A DNA stretch of 64,000 nt from contig OZ242220.1 of NCBI GenBank assembly GCA_965206745.1, forward strand, positions 672,001-736,000, in the 5' to 3' direction. Both the position numbers and the translations under genes were made by a program. This document shows, in pieces, positions 10,572 to 20,596 of this stretch. The notes beneath the pieces are model-generated. The model had not been told where the DNA came from, did not search any database, and saw only the letters and a program-made list of their open reading frames with translations. Positions within the stretch are counted from its first letter, which is position 1. Every line of letters starts with the position of its first letter. The stretch comes from Nitrosopumilus sp. GTDB taxonomy: Archaea; Thermoproteota; Nitrososphaeria; Nitrososphaerales; Nitrosopumilaceae.

Positions 10572-11798
10572 TTATCCGATTTTACCTTTGAGAATGATCT
10601 TCTCATTTGTGTTTGATGGGGTTGTTCTGTCAACGTATCTGATCTCATATTCGTCTCCGATGTGGACTGTCTTGCCGTCTAGCTGTCTTGGAATCTTTAT
10701 CTTAACTTCAAAAGTATTTGAATTGGGCCCTGTTTCCACAAGATATGCCGAATTTGCATCAAATTCTGGATTGGACAAGATGGTTCTAATTCCTCTCTCC
10801 CCTCTGAATTCCAACTCGCTTAGTGGAATCTTGTCCTCATCCTTTGAATCTCTGTTTGCATCTGGCTCATAAACTCTGACTGTAAACTCGTGGCCTATTC
10901 TGGACCCTCCTCCGGATGTTTGCACTTGAGCGAATGTTTTTACAAGCGGCACTGATTTTACAATGGTCCTTTGCTGACCGGAATGATCTGACTCGTCCAA
11001 ATATTTTATTCGTACAATGTCGTCTTGACTTAATGGTTTCCCGTTTACTGTTTGAGGCAATTCTAATTTGATGAAAAATTGGCCTGTGTTTGGCCCCGTC
11101 TCAATCATGTTTTTGGGCCCTTTGATTGGAATTCCGTTTACTGTAAATTCAAACAATCCCTCAGTTGGAACAACTTCAACCCCGCCATGTGCAATATTCA
11201 AATCATGATCCGTGATGTAAAAATTCACAACTGACATGGATGAGGCCGGAACTGCCTGAATCTCATTCTCTGCAGCCTGCAATGTGTTATTCACTTTGTT
11301 CAAATCTGTAACTTTTATCGGGGCAAACCCTATGCCTGCTTTCTGTGTCTTCTCTGCAGCCTGCAATGTGTTATTCACCTTGTTCAAATCTGTAACTTTT
11401 ATCGGGGCAAACCCTATGCCTGCTTCCTGCATCTTCTCTGCAGCCTGCAATGTGTTATTCACTTTGTTCAAATCTGTAACTTTTATCGGGGCAAACCCTA
11501 TGCCTGCTTTCTGCATCCTTTCTGCAGTCTGTGATTTTACACATGCTGGAGATCCATTGGTTCGAACTATTAATTCCAGCCCTTTGTTGCAAAGTATGTC
11601 CTCAGCTAGCACCCCTTGTTTTACCTGCTCCCTTGGGGATTGGAGTTCTCCATGTATGGGCAGGATGACTATCAACGCTAAAAAAAATATCACCACTGTG
11701 AGAACTTTACCATCAAAGATCAACAATGTTCTAAATTCCGTTTTTTGACTTAAATAGATTGTCCAAACCATCTGCAAATATCTGGCTGTCTTGATCAA
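10572..11798 (-). CDS. secreted protein with Cys module, 3x28-aa repeat and two S-layer-like ETGPN domains (true start probably downstream of the track start)
   Basis: Signal-like hydrophobic segment; C..GLELIVRTNGSPACVK; twin D.D.N...ETGPN(T/S)..F...Y.D units. Confidence 0.75.
   Translation of the reverse strand: MIKTARYLQMVWTIYLSQKTEFRTLLIFDGKVLTVVIFFLALIVILPIHGELQSPREQVKQGVLAEDILCNKGLELIVRTNGSPACVKSQTAERMQKAGIGFAPIKVTDLNKVNNTLQAAEKMQEAGIGFAPIKVTDLNKVNNTLQAAEKTQKAGIGFAPIKVTDLNKVNNTLQAAENEIQAVPASSMSVVNFYITDHDLNIAHGGVEVVPTEGLFEFTVNGIPIKGPKNMIETGPNTGQFFIKLELPQTVNGKPLSQDDIVRIKYLDESDHSGQQRTIVKSVPLVKTFAQVQTSGGGSRIGHEFTVRVYEPDANRDSKDEDKIPLSELEFRGERGIRTILSNPEFDANSAYLVETGPNSNTFEVKIKIPRQLDGKTVHIGDEYEIRYVDRTTPSNTNEKIILKGKIG
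11266..11527. repeat. in-frame tandem repeat, 84-bp unit x3
   Basis: tctctgcagcctgcaatgtgttattcac recurs at 11267, 11351 and 11435. Confidence 0.95.
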
Positions 11799-11835
11799 CT
11801 AGAATTAATTAAGAGATGATTCTTACCCCTAGTAA

Positions 11836-12654
11836 TTGAAAAAAATTGGTTTGTTGGGCTGCGGGGCAATTGGAACTCGGATAGCTCTTGCAATTGACTC
11901 TGGGAGGATCCCTGCAACTCTGACCCACGTGTTTGACAGTTCTAAAGAAAATGCAATCAAACTAGTCTCACAATTAGACAACAAGCCTGAAATTGTTGAG
12001 AACTCGCATCTCTTGTCTTCTCACCCTGTCAATATTGTAGTAGAAGCAGCTTCTCAGGATGCCGTAAGAGATGTGGGGCTGGGTGTTTTACAAAATAAAC
12101 GTGATTTGATGATAATGAGCGTTGGAGCATTGCTGGATGAATCAATCTTTGACATTCTGTCTGATGCGTGCAGGGATTTTAAAAAAACCATATTCCTTCC
12201 ATCTGGCGCAATTGCCGGACTAGACGGTCTTAAATCAGTAAGGGACGAACTTGAATCCCTGGCAATAACTACAACCAAGCATCCTGACTCTCTAAAGGGG
12301 GCAAAGTTTTTTGAAAACTCCAAAATCAATCTGGCCTCTATTGAATCACCAACAGTAATCTTTGAAGGTAATGCAAAAGAGGCCGTTGCCTTGTTCCCTG
12401 CAAACATCAATGTTGCGGCACTCTTGTCTTTATCTGGGATTGGTAGTGAAAGGACTCGAGTAAAAATAATTGCAGATCCGGACACAGAGAAGAACACCCA
12501 TCATATAGAGGCTGAGGGTAAATTTGGGAAAATGACCTTTACCATAGAGAATCATCCTGACGCAAGTAATCCAAAGACTAGCCGATTGGCAATACTGTCT
12601 GCAATTGAAACTTTGAGAAGATACTGTTCAGATGATATCCAGATTGGTACGTAA
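11836..12654 (+). CDS. nadX: L-aspartate dehydrogenase
   Basis: GCGAIG, VEAAS, SGAIAGLD, FPANINVAA, NPKTS; adjacent to nadA. Confidence 0.92.
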   Translation: MKKIGLLGCGAIGTRIALAIDSGRIPATLTHVFDSSKENAIKLVSQLDNKPEIVENSHLLSSHPVNIVVEAASQDAVRDVGLGVLQNKRDLMIMSVGALLDESIFDILSDACRDFKKTIFLPSGAIAGLDGLKSVRDELESLAITTTKHPDSLKGAKFFENSKINLASIESPTVIFEGNAKEAVALFPANINVAALLSLSGIGSERTRVKIIADPDTEKNTHHIEAEGKFGKMTFTIENHPDASNPKTSRLAILSAIETLRRYCSDDIQIGT

Positions 12655-12747
12655 TATGGCAATAATTGCCACATTTGCTAGTTTTTCAGAGAATTCTGGA
12701 CTCTTTCCCATTCTTTAAATCCCCTCCAATTCAATTTTGTTTGGATT

Positions 12748-13704
12748 ATGCTAGTACAACAATCATCCGAACTCAAAGAAGAGATTATGAGACTCAAAAA
12801 GGAGAAAGACGTGGTAATTTTGGCACACAACTATCAAATTCCCGACGTTCAGGACGTTGCCGATTTTACTGGCGACTCTTTGGGACTATCCAGGCAAGCA
12901 GCAACTGTTCCACAAGGAACAATCCTCTTTTGCGGTGTGAACTTTATGGCCGAGACTGCCGCTATAATCAGCCCCCAAAAGAAGGTCCTACTACCTGACT
13001 TGGAGGCCGGATGCTCATTATCTGACTCTATCACTGTAGATGAATTAAGGAATTGGAAAAAGCAACATCCTGATGCAATAACAGTTGGATACGTCAACAC
13101 CACTGCTGAGATCAAGGCGAATCTAGATTATTGCTGCACCTCATCAAATGCTGTAAATGTTGTAAAGGCGATTCCTGATGAGAAGGAGATCTTATTCCTA
13201 CCTGACATGTTTTTAGGATCTTATGTTGCAAAGATGACTGGAAGAACAAACATGTACATCTGGGCAGGTGAGTGCCACGTGCATGCGGGAATCACTCCTG
13301 AAGACGTGACAAAAAAGTTGGAATCCATGCCTGATGCCGAATTTGTAATTCATCCTGAATGCAGCTGCACCACTCCAATGATGTATGATGTTGCAGATGG
13401 AAGATATGATGACAAAAAGGTATCAATTCTATCTACTGAGGGCATGCTAAACCATGTCAATGAATCAAAATCAAAGAACTTTGTCGTTGCTACGGAGACT
13501 GGGATACTGTATAAAATGAGACAGCAAAACCCTGGCAAAACGTTCACCCCCGCATCTGAAAAGGCCGAATGCCAATACATGAAAATGATAACGCTTGAAA
13601 AAGTGTATGACGCACTGATAAATGAAAAGAACGTCATCACCGTTCCTAAAGAAATTGCAGACAAGGCCCGTTTGGCAATTGATAGAATGCTTGCAATCAG
13701 CTAA
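12748..13704 (+). CDS. nadA: quinolinate synthase
   Basis: LAHNYQ, GDSL, CGVNFMAET, AGCS, YVNT, HPEC. Confidence 0.95.
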   Translation: MLVQQSSELKEEIMRLKKEKDVVILAHNYQIPDVQDVADFTGDSLGLSRQAATVPQGTILFCGVNFMAETAAIISPQKKVLLPDLEAGCSLSDSITVDELRNWKKQHPDAITVGYVNTTAEIKANLDYCCTSSNAVNVVKAIPDEKEILFLPDMFLGSYVAKMTGRTNMYIWAGECHVHAGITPEDVTKKLESMPDAEFVIHPECSCTTPMMYDVADGRYDDKKVSILSTEGMLNHVNESKSKNFVVATETGILYKMRQQNPGKTFTPASEKAECQYMKMITLEKVYDALINEKNVITVPKEIADKARLAIDRMLAIS

Positions 13705-13715
13705 TCTGCTTTGTC

Positions 13716-14108
13716 ATGACCGGTTTATTTTCCAGAGAGCCAAAGGATCCTCAAAAGAAAAAGAACGTCCAAAAATTAAAGGAGATAAAAAAACTTGTTA
13801 AAGAGAAAAAATATTCCGAGGCCTTAAAATCAGGCACGGAATACTTGCAAAAAGTTCCCAACCATCACGATATTTTGTTTACTGTGGGGGGAATCTACTA
13901 TTTGAAAAACAAGCACAAGACTGCAATCTCTTATTTTGACAAGGCCCTTGAAATTGGAACTTATGATATTGATGTTTTGCTGTTAAAGGCATACTCCCAC
14001 CAAAAACTGGGTGAAAATAAGCGGGCCACTCAGTGCTGTGAGAAGATTAAAGAGATAGATCCGAAAAACAAAGCAGTGGCAGACTTGTTAGGCCAGCTAG
14101 ATCTCTAG
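13716..14108 (+). CDS. TPR-repeat protein
   Basis: Helical TPR pattern (AISYFDKALEI, EIDPKN). Confidence 0.8.
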   Translation: MTGLFSREPKDPQKKKNVQKLKEIKKLVKEKKYSEALKSGTEYLQKVPNHHDILFTVGGIYYLKNKHKTAISYFDKALEIGTYDIDVLLLKAYSHQKLGENKRATQCCEKIKEIDPKNKAVADLLGQLDL

Positions 14109-14912
14109 GCTCATGTCTATTCCCTTGACTGAGTTTGTGATGCTTCCCACTGAGATGATATCCACTCCTGTCTGGCCGTATCTTGAGATGTTTTTGGAAT
14201 TGATTCCGCCTGATGCTTCAAGCATCACCGTGTCTCTTAATTTTTGATGTTTGAGCACTTTGACTGTTCTTTTGATTTGAGCTGGCGTAAAGTTATCTAG
14301 CATGATAATGGTTGCACCTTCTTTTGCAGCCAATACTGCATCAGGTGTATTTTCAACCTCGACTTCGAATTTTTTATATCTCTCCTTTACTTTTTTAATC
14401 AAGGATGGCAGTGAACCGCCCACTGCAATGTGGTTGTCTTTGATCATGACCATCTCATCTAGCCTGAGTCTGTGTCTTTTACCTCCGCCTATCTCAACTG
14501 CCTCTTTGTCAAAGTATCTCAGTCCTGGGGCTGTTTTTCTAGTGGCATACAACTTTGTTTTCTTTGGAATTTTTTTTACCAATTCATCTGTTTGGGTTGC
14601 AATACCGCTCATCCTTGTTAGGAGGTTCAAAGCCGTTCTCTCACACGCTAGAATGTTCCCTGCGTTTCCGGTGATGATCATTATGGATTGGTTTGGTCTT
14701 ATTCTGGAGCCATCCTTCTTTAAAATTCTGGAGCTGCATCCTTTCATCTTGAAGATCTCTTTGGCATGTGTCGTACCTGCAACAATGGCGCCTTCTCTGG
14801 AAATAATTTTGACAGAGATTTTTTTCCTTGGCAGTAGGTTGCTTGTGATATCCCCCCTGCCGATATCTTCAGCAAGAAACTGCGATAACTGTTTTTTCGG
14901 ATTAAATGCCAA
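14097..14912 (-). CDS. nadC: nicotinate-nucleotide pyrophosphorylase
   Basis: ERTALN, TRKT.PG, HR..L, KDNH, MLDNF, EASGGI. Confidence 0.95.
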   Translation of the reverse strand: MAFNPKKQLSQFLAEDIGRGDITSNLLPRKKISVKIISREGAIVAGTTHAKEIFKMKGCSSRILKKDGSRIRPNQSIMIITGNAGNILACERTALNLLTRMSGIATQTDELVKKIPKKTKLYATRKTAPGLRYFDKEAVEIGGGKRHRLRLDEMVMIKDNHIAVGGSLPSLIKKVKERYKKFEVEVENTPDAVLAAKEGATIIMLDNFTPAQIKRTVKVLKHQKLRDTVMLEASGGINSKNISRYGQTGVDIISVGSITNSVKGIDMSLEI

Positions 14913-14947
14913 TATGATGATTAGACGCTGATGTGATTTTAAAGATT

Positions 14948-15136
14948 CTATGTTACCTTGATTGCATATTTGCCTTTTGTAGTGATGCCCAAAGTTTTTG
15001 AGATTTCAGAATTTGTCGGATCAACTACCAGTACAACCCCGTTCCAATCTGGTGTAAGATCTGATGATTTGCAATTCGGACATACCTTTAGAGTCGTTAC
15101 ATGTTTGCATTTGCGGCATGCCATCTCTCGTGCCAT
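14948..15136 (-). CDS. spt4: transcription elongation factor Spt4 (RpoE'')
   Basis: ACRKC..CPNC...W.G...DP..SEI. Confidence 0.93.
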   Translation of the reverse strand: MAREMACRKCKHVTTLKVCPNCKSSDLTPDWNGVVLVVDPTNSEISKTLGITTKGKYAIKVT

Positions 15137-15137
15137 T

Positions 15138-15734
15138 CTAACTTGCCTCTACTTTTTCTTCCTTTGCTGGCTCTTCTTTGCCACCGCTGGCTTTCTTAAT
15201 CTCTTCTGCAATCCAGTCGTCTGCACCTAGGAATGGTTGTCTGCATGTGATTCCAATTTTGCCCATTGCTGCAGCCTTGCCTAATGATACGGCGGTGATT
15301 CTTGCACGAAGTGCAGAGCCGACTTTGAGCGTCCTGCCACTTTGGTTAGCTAAAATCATTCCGGATTTAACATCGCTTTTTAGATAATCATCCATCACTT
15401 GTGACAAGTGAAGCAGTGCGTCTGTAGGGCCAATCCTTACAAATGCGCCAAAGTCTGTAATGTCCACAATCTCTCCTTGAACGATTTCTTGTAGTTTTGG
15501 ATAAAATGTTAAAGCTTCAAATTCGACTTTGTGAAATGTTCCCCCGTCTCCTGCAATCATCTTTCCCATCTCATCAACTTTGGCATCCAAAATCATAATG
15601 ATGTATCCCAAGTCCGCATTAATCATGCTCTCGTACTTTTCTTTGAGGATGTTTACTGCCGCCTTTTTGAGCGTGGTTCCAAACAAGCTAGGTGGAATCC
15701 TGACGACATCGACTAGGGTAGATATAGAAAACAA
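15138..15734 (-). CDS. rpo7: RNA polymerase subunit Rpo7 (E')
   Basis: DVVRIPP, FGAFVRIGP.DALLHLSQ S1 domain, RQPFLG. Confidence 0.95.
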   Translation of the reverse strand: MFSISTLVDVVRIPPSLFGTTLKKAAVNILKEKYESMINADLGYIIMILDAKVDEMGKMIAGDGGTFHKVEFEALTFYPKLQEIVQGEIVDITDFGAFVRIGPTDALLHLSQVMDDYLKSDVKSGMILANQSGRTLKVGSALRARITAVSLGKAAAMGKIGITCRQPFLGADDWIAEEIKKASGGKEEPAKEEKVEAS

Positions 15735-15882
15735 ATGTACAATTTTTCTCGAATTTCAATTTATGAATGTTTAGGTGATTTTAGGCATAAATTTCAAAAG
15801 ATTTTCCCTATTTTTCAGATAAATACCAATTTCTTTTAGTGTCTAACTTATGTTTAAATAAAGTAGACTGATTTTTTGAGCA

Positions 15883-16995
15883 ATGGTTGGAATAGATCAA
15901 GTTCTTGAAAAGCTAAGTACTGTAATTGATCCTGATTTGAAAAAGGACATCGTGTCTATGGGCATGATAAAAGATTTGGAACTTGATGAGGGAAATTTGA
16001 AATTCACTTTGGAATTGACTACCCCTGCATGCCCGTTTAATGTCGAAATTGAAGACGATGTTAGAAAGGCAATTGCCGAGCTCTCTGACTTGAAGAATTT
16101 TGATATGAAGGTAACTGCCAAAGTAATGGAAGGACGTTCACTTGATGACGACACTGGAATGGCAACTGTCAAGAATATTATCGGTGTAGCAAGTGGCAAA
16201 GGCGGAGTTGGAAAGTCTACTGTTTCTTTGAATTTAGCTTTGGCATTATCCCAGTCTGGTGCAAAAGTTGGCCTGCTAGATGCTGATATCTATGGGCCTA
16301 GCATCCCGTTGATGCTTGGAATGAAGGGTGGATCCATGGAGGTAGATGATAACAAGTTGCAACCTGCTGACTCAAATGGACTAAAGGTCGTATCATTTGG
16401 CTTTTTTGCTGACCAATCAAACCAGGCTGCAATTTATCGTGGCCCCATCATCTCTGGAATCCTAAAACAGTTCCTAGTCGACACTAATTGGTCCGAGTTA
16501 GATTACTTGATAGTTGATCTTCCTCCTGGCACCGGTGATATCCCATTAACGCTGGCACAAACTATTCCGATTACGGGAATTCTTGTAGTCACAACTCCCC
16601 AGGATGTCGCAAGTGATGTTGCAGTTAAGGCAGTTTCAATGTTTGAAAAACTAAACGTCCCAATTATCGGGGTTGTTGAAAATATGGCTCATTTTATCTG
16701 TCCGAACTGCGATGACAAACATTACATCTTCGGTGAGGGCGGTGCAAAGAAGATCAGTGAAAGATTCAGCATACCCTTCTTGGGGGAAATTCCACTCAAC
16801 TCTGGAATCATGTCCGGCTCTGATCTGGGAAAACCTATCATGATTACGAATCCTGACTCTCCAAGTGCGGAGGCTTTTAGAAAGAGCGCAAAAAATATTG
16901 CAGCCCAATGCAGTATTTTAGCGGCAAAGTTACAAGAAGAGATGGCATCTGAAAGCACTGGTGAGGAACCTGCACCGGAACCAAGCGCTAGTTAG
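15883..16995 (+). CDS. Mrp/NBP35 Fe-S cluster carrier ATPase
   Basis: DUF59 N-domain, SGKGGVGKST, DLPPGTGD, CPNC. Confidence 0.93.
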   Translation: MVGIDQVLEKLSTVIDPDLKKDIVSMGMIKDLELDEGNLKFTLELTTPACPFNVEIEDDVRKAIAELSDLKNFDMKVTAKVMEGRSLDDDTGMATVKNIIGVASGKGGVGKSTVSLNLALALSQSGAKVGLLDADIYGPSIPLMLGMKGGSMEVDDNKLQPADSNGLKVVSFGFFADQSNQAAIYRGPIISGILKQFLVDTNWSELDYLIVDLPPGTGDIPLTLAQTIPITGILVVTTPQDVASDVAVKAVSMFEKLNVPIIGVVENMAHFICPNCDDKHYIFGEGGAKKISERFSIPFLGEIPLNSGIMSGSDLGKPIMITNPDSPSAEAFRKSAKNIAAQCSILAAKLQEEMASESTGEEPAPEPSAS

Positions 16996-17001
16996 ATTCC
17001 C

Positions 17002-17496
17002 GTGAAACTACCTGATTCTCTGAGGGGGCAATTGAAGATTCCTTTGGGGGTACTCTTACTTGAAAATCAGGCAGACAAACCTGGCATCAAGAAATTTCTC
17101 TCTGAGAATTCGTATGTGATCACAGTAGGCGACAGAACTACCGAAAAGATGATTGATTTTGACCTGATTCCTTCATTGCAGATTATCGACGGTCAGGAAA
17201 AAAGGGAAAAAAGAGAGCCTCCAAAACTAGACAGTGCAACAGAACTTACTGTTGATAATCCTGCAGCAGAAATCACTCCTCAAAGCATCTCCATGATCAA
17301 AAAGGCCTTCACGCTCCCATCCCCAGTTAGGCTTTTTGTCAATGGTGAGGAGGACCTTCTTGTATTGCCTGCATGCCTTCATGCCCCTGAAAACGCCATA
17401 GTTTTGTATGGTCAGCCAAACGAAGGACTAGTAATAGTGAAGATAACTCCAGAAATTAGAAATAAAGTACAAAGACTACTTGATCTAATGGAATGA
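17002..17496 (+). CDS. GTP-dependent dephospho-CoA kinase (DUF359)
   Basis: LK.PLG, TVGD, GEEDLL.LP, YGQPNEG. Confidence 0.85.
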   Translation: MKLPDSLRGQLKIPLGVLLLENQADKPGIKKFLSENSYVITVGDRTTEKMIDFDLIPSLQIIDGQEKREKREPPKLDSATELTVDNPAAEITPQSISMIKKAFTLPSPVRLFVNGEEDLLVLPACLHAPENAIVLYGQPNEGLVIVKITPEIRNKVQRLLDLME

Positions 17497-17498
17497 TC

Positions 17499-17559
17499 GG
17501 GGTGTGATGAGACGGTGGCTGTATGATTTGGTGATTACCCCACTAAAACCTCTGACCCT
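17499..17559 (+). ncRNA. box C/D methylation-guide sRNA
   Basis: GTGATGA (C) - 12 nt - ATGA (D') - GTGATTA (C') - 14 nt - CTGA (D), flanked by ggg/ccc. Confidence 0.7.
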
Positions 17560-17649
17560 GTTTATTCATAATTTACGAAACCAAAATACACCAAATCTAA
17601 TACAACAATTGACATTCCAAGATAAACATAGATTTCACGATGTATCACT

Positions 17650-18027
17650 GTGAAACTTGATCCCGACCTCTCATTGCAAATTTTGGAAAAAGTCGGCATT
17701 TACTCAAATCGGTTCTCAATCACCGAGCCTCAAATCCTCTTGACTACAAAAGAGGTTCTGGATGCACCTAAAGATATGACTGAAGGCAGACGCACATCAG
17801 CTTACAAGTATTATGGGGTGTCGTATCTTCAGCACAATCTTGTATTTATCAACGTGAGAAAAATTCCTGATGAGAAGACTTTGGAGAATACCATAGTTCA
17901 TGAGTTGATCCATATGCGATTTCCCTATCTTGCACATGGTAAGAGATTCAACAAATTAGTAAGACAAGGGCTTAGGGGAAAGACATTCCCCCCATACCGA
18001 AAAAGAATCAAGATCCCTGCTATTTGA
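17650..18027 (+). CDS. small HEXXH zincin-like protein (SprT/DUF45-like)
   Basis: TIVHELIHMRF....HG..F motif. Confidence 0.7.
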   Translation: MKLDPDLSLQILEKVGIYSNRFSITEPQILLTTKEVLDAPKDMTEGRRTSAYKYYGVSYLQHNLVFINVRKIPDEKTLENTIVHELIHMRFPYLAHGKRFNKLVRQGLRGKTFPPYRKRIKIPAI

Positions 18028-18063
18028 TTTATATTTCCCAGACTTTGGCAAGCTGAGTATACT

Positions 18064-20103
18064 ATGGAAATAGCTGAAATCCTTCCATTTATTGCAGGAA
18101 TTGCGTCATTTTTAGTTGCAGGCTGTCTGGTTGCATGGATTACCAAGCAACCTGCAGGAACAAAAGAGATGATGGATATCTCAAATGCCGTCAAAGAAGG
18201 TGCCTCAGCATTTTTGAAAAGGGAGATGAAAATCATTGTTCCAGTTGCCATCGCACTGTCATTGATTATAGGTTTTTTCTTGACTCCGTCAAACGGGATA
18301 GCCTTTGCAGTTGGCGCAGCACTTTCAGCAGTAGCGGGAATTATTTCATTAAAAATTACAGTCAAAGCCGCAGTCCGAGCGGCAAATCTTAGTGGTAGCG
18401 GTCTTGGCAAAACATTTGCCATGGCCTTTAGAGGAGGGGCAACAGTCGGTCTGGCAGTTCCGGCAATGGCACTATTGGCAATCACTGGGCTTTACTTGAT
18501 TTATGACGACCCAATCACAATCGCAGGCGTTGGTATCGGAGCCAGCCTTATCGCACTATTCATTCGAATTGGTGGCGGTATCTTTACCAAGGCAGCAGAT
18601 ATGGGTGCTGACTTGGTGGGAAAAGTTGAAGCAAATATCCCAGAAGACGATCCTCGAAACCCTGCAACCATTGCAGATAATGTAGGTGACAATGTGGGTG
18701 ATGCAGCCGGAATGGGCTCTGATGTTTATGAATCCTACATAGTCACGATTCTTGCAGCCCTGTTAATTGCGGCATTAATTGGCGCACCAAACTTTTTCCT
18801 CTATCCGATCCTGATTGGATCCTCTGGCATGATTGCATCAATAATCGGCGTTGTGATTGTCGGCTCAAAGAACGTCACTGATGTGATGAAGCCCCTTAAC
18901 CGTTCATTCTATGTTTCAGCATCCATTGCAATCGGGCTAAACTATGTGTTCATCACCCAATTCATCGGAGATAGTGCTTCATCTTATGCCCTCTTTGGTT
19001 CAACCATTATAGGCGTGATTCTAGTCCCCGTCATTCAAAAAATCACCGATTACTATACAAGCTACAAACGAAAACCAGTTATTGAGATTGCAGAATCTGC
19101 AAAATGGGGCTATGCATCACTAACCTTGATGGGAATTATCAAGGGGATGCAATCCACAGGACCGTTTATGATTGCACTAGTTGTGGCAATCATAATATCA
19201 TACAGCATCGCATCTGGAGCAGCTCCACAAGGAGAAGACCCTGTACTTTATGGAATATTTGGAACTGCCTTGACTGCAATGGCAATGTTGAGTCTTGCAG
19301 GAATCGTTCTAAGTATTGATGCATTTGGCCCAATTGCAGACAATGCAGGTGGAATTGTTGAGATGACTGGAATGGGTGAGGAAAACCGCAAGGTCACTGA
19401 TGAAATTGATGCAGTCGGAAATACCACCAAGGCTGTTACCAAAGGCTTTGCAATTGCCAGTGCCGCATTAGCTGCCTTGGCTATGATTCAGGCATTCCAA
19501 TTTGAAGCAGCACATGTCTTTGCCGGTGTTTTGGAATTGGATTACAGTTTAACCAATCCTACAATCATTGTAGGACTACTCATCGGCGGCTTGATTCCGT
19601 TTATCATCACTGGCCAACTCATCAATGGCGTGTCGCGTGCTGCGGGAAAGATGGTTGATGAAGTAAGACGCCAGTTCAAAGCAGATGCTGGAATTCTTGC
19701 AGGAACTTCAAAACCTGACTATGCAAAGTGTGTGGATATTGCCACTGTTGCATCGATCAGAGAACTGTGGAAACCGGCTATCGTTGCAATTATTGCCCCG
19801 ATCATTTTAGGAATTCTACTAGGTCCTACTGCAGTAGCTGGACTGCTGATGGGTTCCGTTGTAACTGGAATCTTACTGGCATACCACTTGGCAAATACCG
19901 GTGGCGCATGGGACAATGCAAAGAAGCTAGTTGAGATGAGGGGTGAGAAGGGCTCTGAAGTTCACAAAGTTGCAGTAGTGGGTGACATCATCGGTGATCC
20001 TTACAAAGACACTGCAGGCCCGGCACTTAACACTGTGATCAAGCTGTTAAACACAATTGCAATCGTCTTCGTATCTGCATTTGTTGCAATAATTTCCATC
20101 TAG
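18064..20103 (+). CDS. hppA: membrane ion-translocating pyrophosphatase
   Basis: GGGIFTKAADMGADLVGKVE, DNVGDNVGD, GNTTKA, DTAGP. Confidence 0.95.
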   Translation: MEIAEILPFIAGIASFLVAGCLVAWITKQPAGTKEMMDISNAVKEGASAFLKREMKIIVPVAIALSLIIGFFLTPSNGIAFAVGAALSAVAGIISLKITVKAAVRAANLSGSGLGKTFAMAFRGGATVGLAVPAMALLAITGLYLIYDDPITIAGVGIGASLIALFIRIGGGIFTKAADMGADLVGKVEANIPEDDPRNPATIADNVGDNVGDAAGMGSDVYESYIVTILAALLIAALIGAPNFFLYPILIGSSGMIASIIGVVIVGSKNVTDVMKPLNRSFYVSASIAIGLNYVFITQFIGDSASSYALFGSTIIGVILVPVIQKITDYYTSYKRKPVIEIAESAKWGYASLTLMGIIKGMQSTGPFMIALVVAIIISYSIASGAAPQGEDPVLYGIFGTALTAMAMLSLAGIVLSIDAFGPIADNAGGIVEMTGMGEENRKVTDEIDAVGNTTKAVTKGFAIASAALAALAMIQAFQFEAAHVFAGVLELDYSLTNPTIIVGLLIGGLIPFIITGQLINGVSRAAGKMVDEVRRQFKADAGILAGTSKPDYAKCVDIATVASIRELWKPAIVAIIAPIILGILLGPTAVAGLLMGSVVTGILLAYHLANTGGAWDNAKKLVEMRGEKGSEVHKVAVVGDIIGDPYKDTAGPALNTVIKLLNTIAIVFVSAFVAIISI

Positions 20104-20282
20104 TCCTCAACGATTAGCGTCATGTCCAATTCATCGATTTGATCTTGAATTGCCTTTTTTAAAGTTGTATTGTGCATATCGCAGAATTTGAAATAGTTAT
20201 CAGCTGTCTGAAAACACCCGCAAATCCATTTTGTTTTCTTGTCTCCCTCGACTGTCCACTTTGAGTACTTGTTCTCAGACAT
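20100..20282 (-). CDS. small hypothetical protein with CxC and CxxH
   Basis: 60-aa ORF, WICGC..FCDMH. Confidence 0.6.
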   Translation of the reverse strand: MSENKYSKWTVEGDKKTKWICGCFQTADNYFKFCDMHNTTLKKAIQDQIDELDMTLIVED

Positions 20283-20338
20283 ACAAACTCTGAACTGCTT
20301 TGTCTAAAAAATACTTTTTGAATAAAAAGGAAAGGTGG

Positions 20339-20596
20339 TTAAGGACAGCCTTCCATCTTTTGGATAAAATAGCCTTTTTCCTTAATTGCCTGTTCAACAG
20401 GCTCTGGTGCTCCTTGCGAGTGGCAGAACTGGCATTCATTTGTGGTCATCTCTGCTTCTCCCTCGTTTATGGACTGCAACCATTCCTTACCATACTTGAT
20501 GGCCTTATCGTGGTCTTTCTCACCTGTAATCACATCAAAGTGCATGGTGTGTCCATCTGCTGCTTTGACATAGGTGTCGTATACGTGAATTTCCAT
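20339..20596 (-). CDS. DUF2024 family protein
   Basis: VYDTYV..DGHTMHFDV, ECQFCHS, GYFI.KMEGC. Confidence 0.85.
   Translation of the reverse strand: MEIHVYDTYVKAADGHTMHFDVITGEKDHDKAIKYGKEWLQSINEGEAEMTTNECQFCHSQGAPEPVEQAIKEKGYFIQKMEGCP

Noticed and set aside
10304-10648. 114-aa minus-strand ORF
   Set aside because: Overlaps the upstream gene out of frame, no recognisable motif
14914-14961. ATGATGA..CTGA box C/D-like pattern
   Set aside because: Guide only 7 nt, no terminal stem, coincides with the nadC promoter and spt4 end on the other strand
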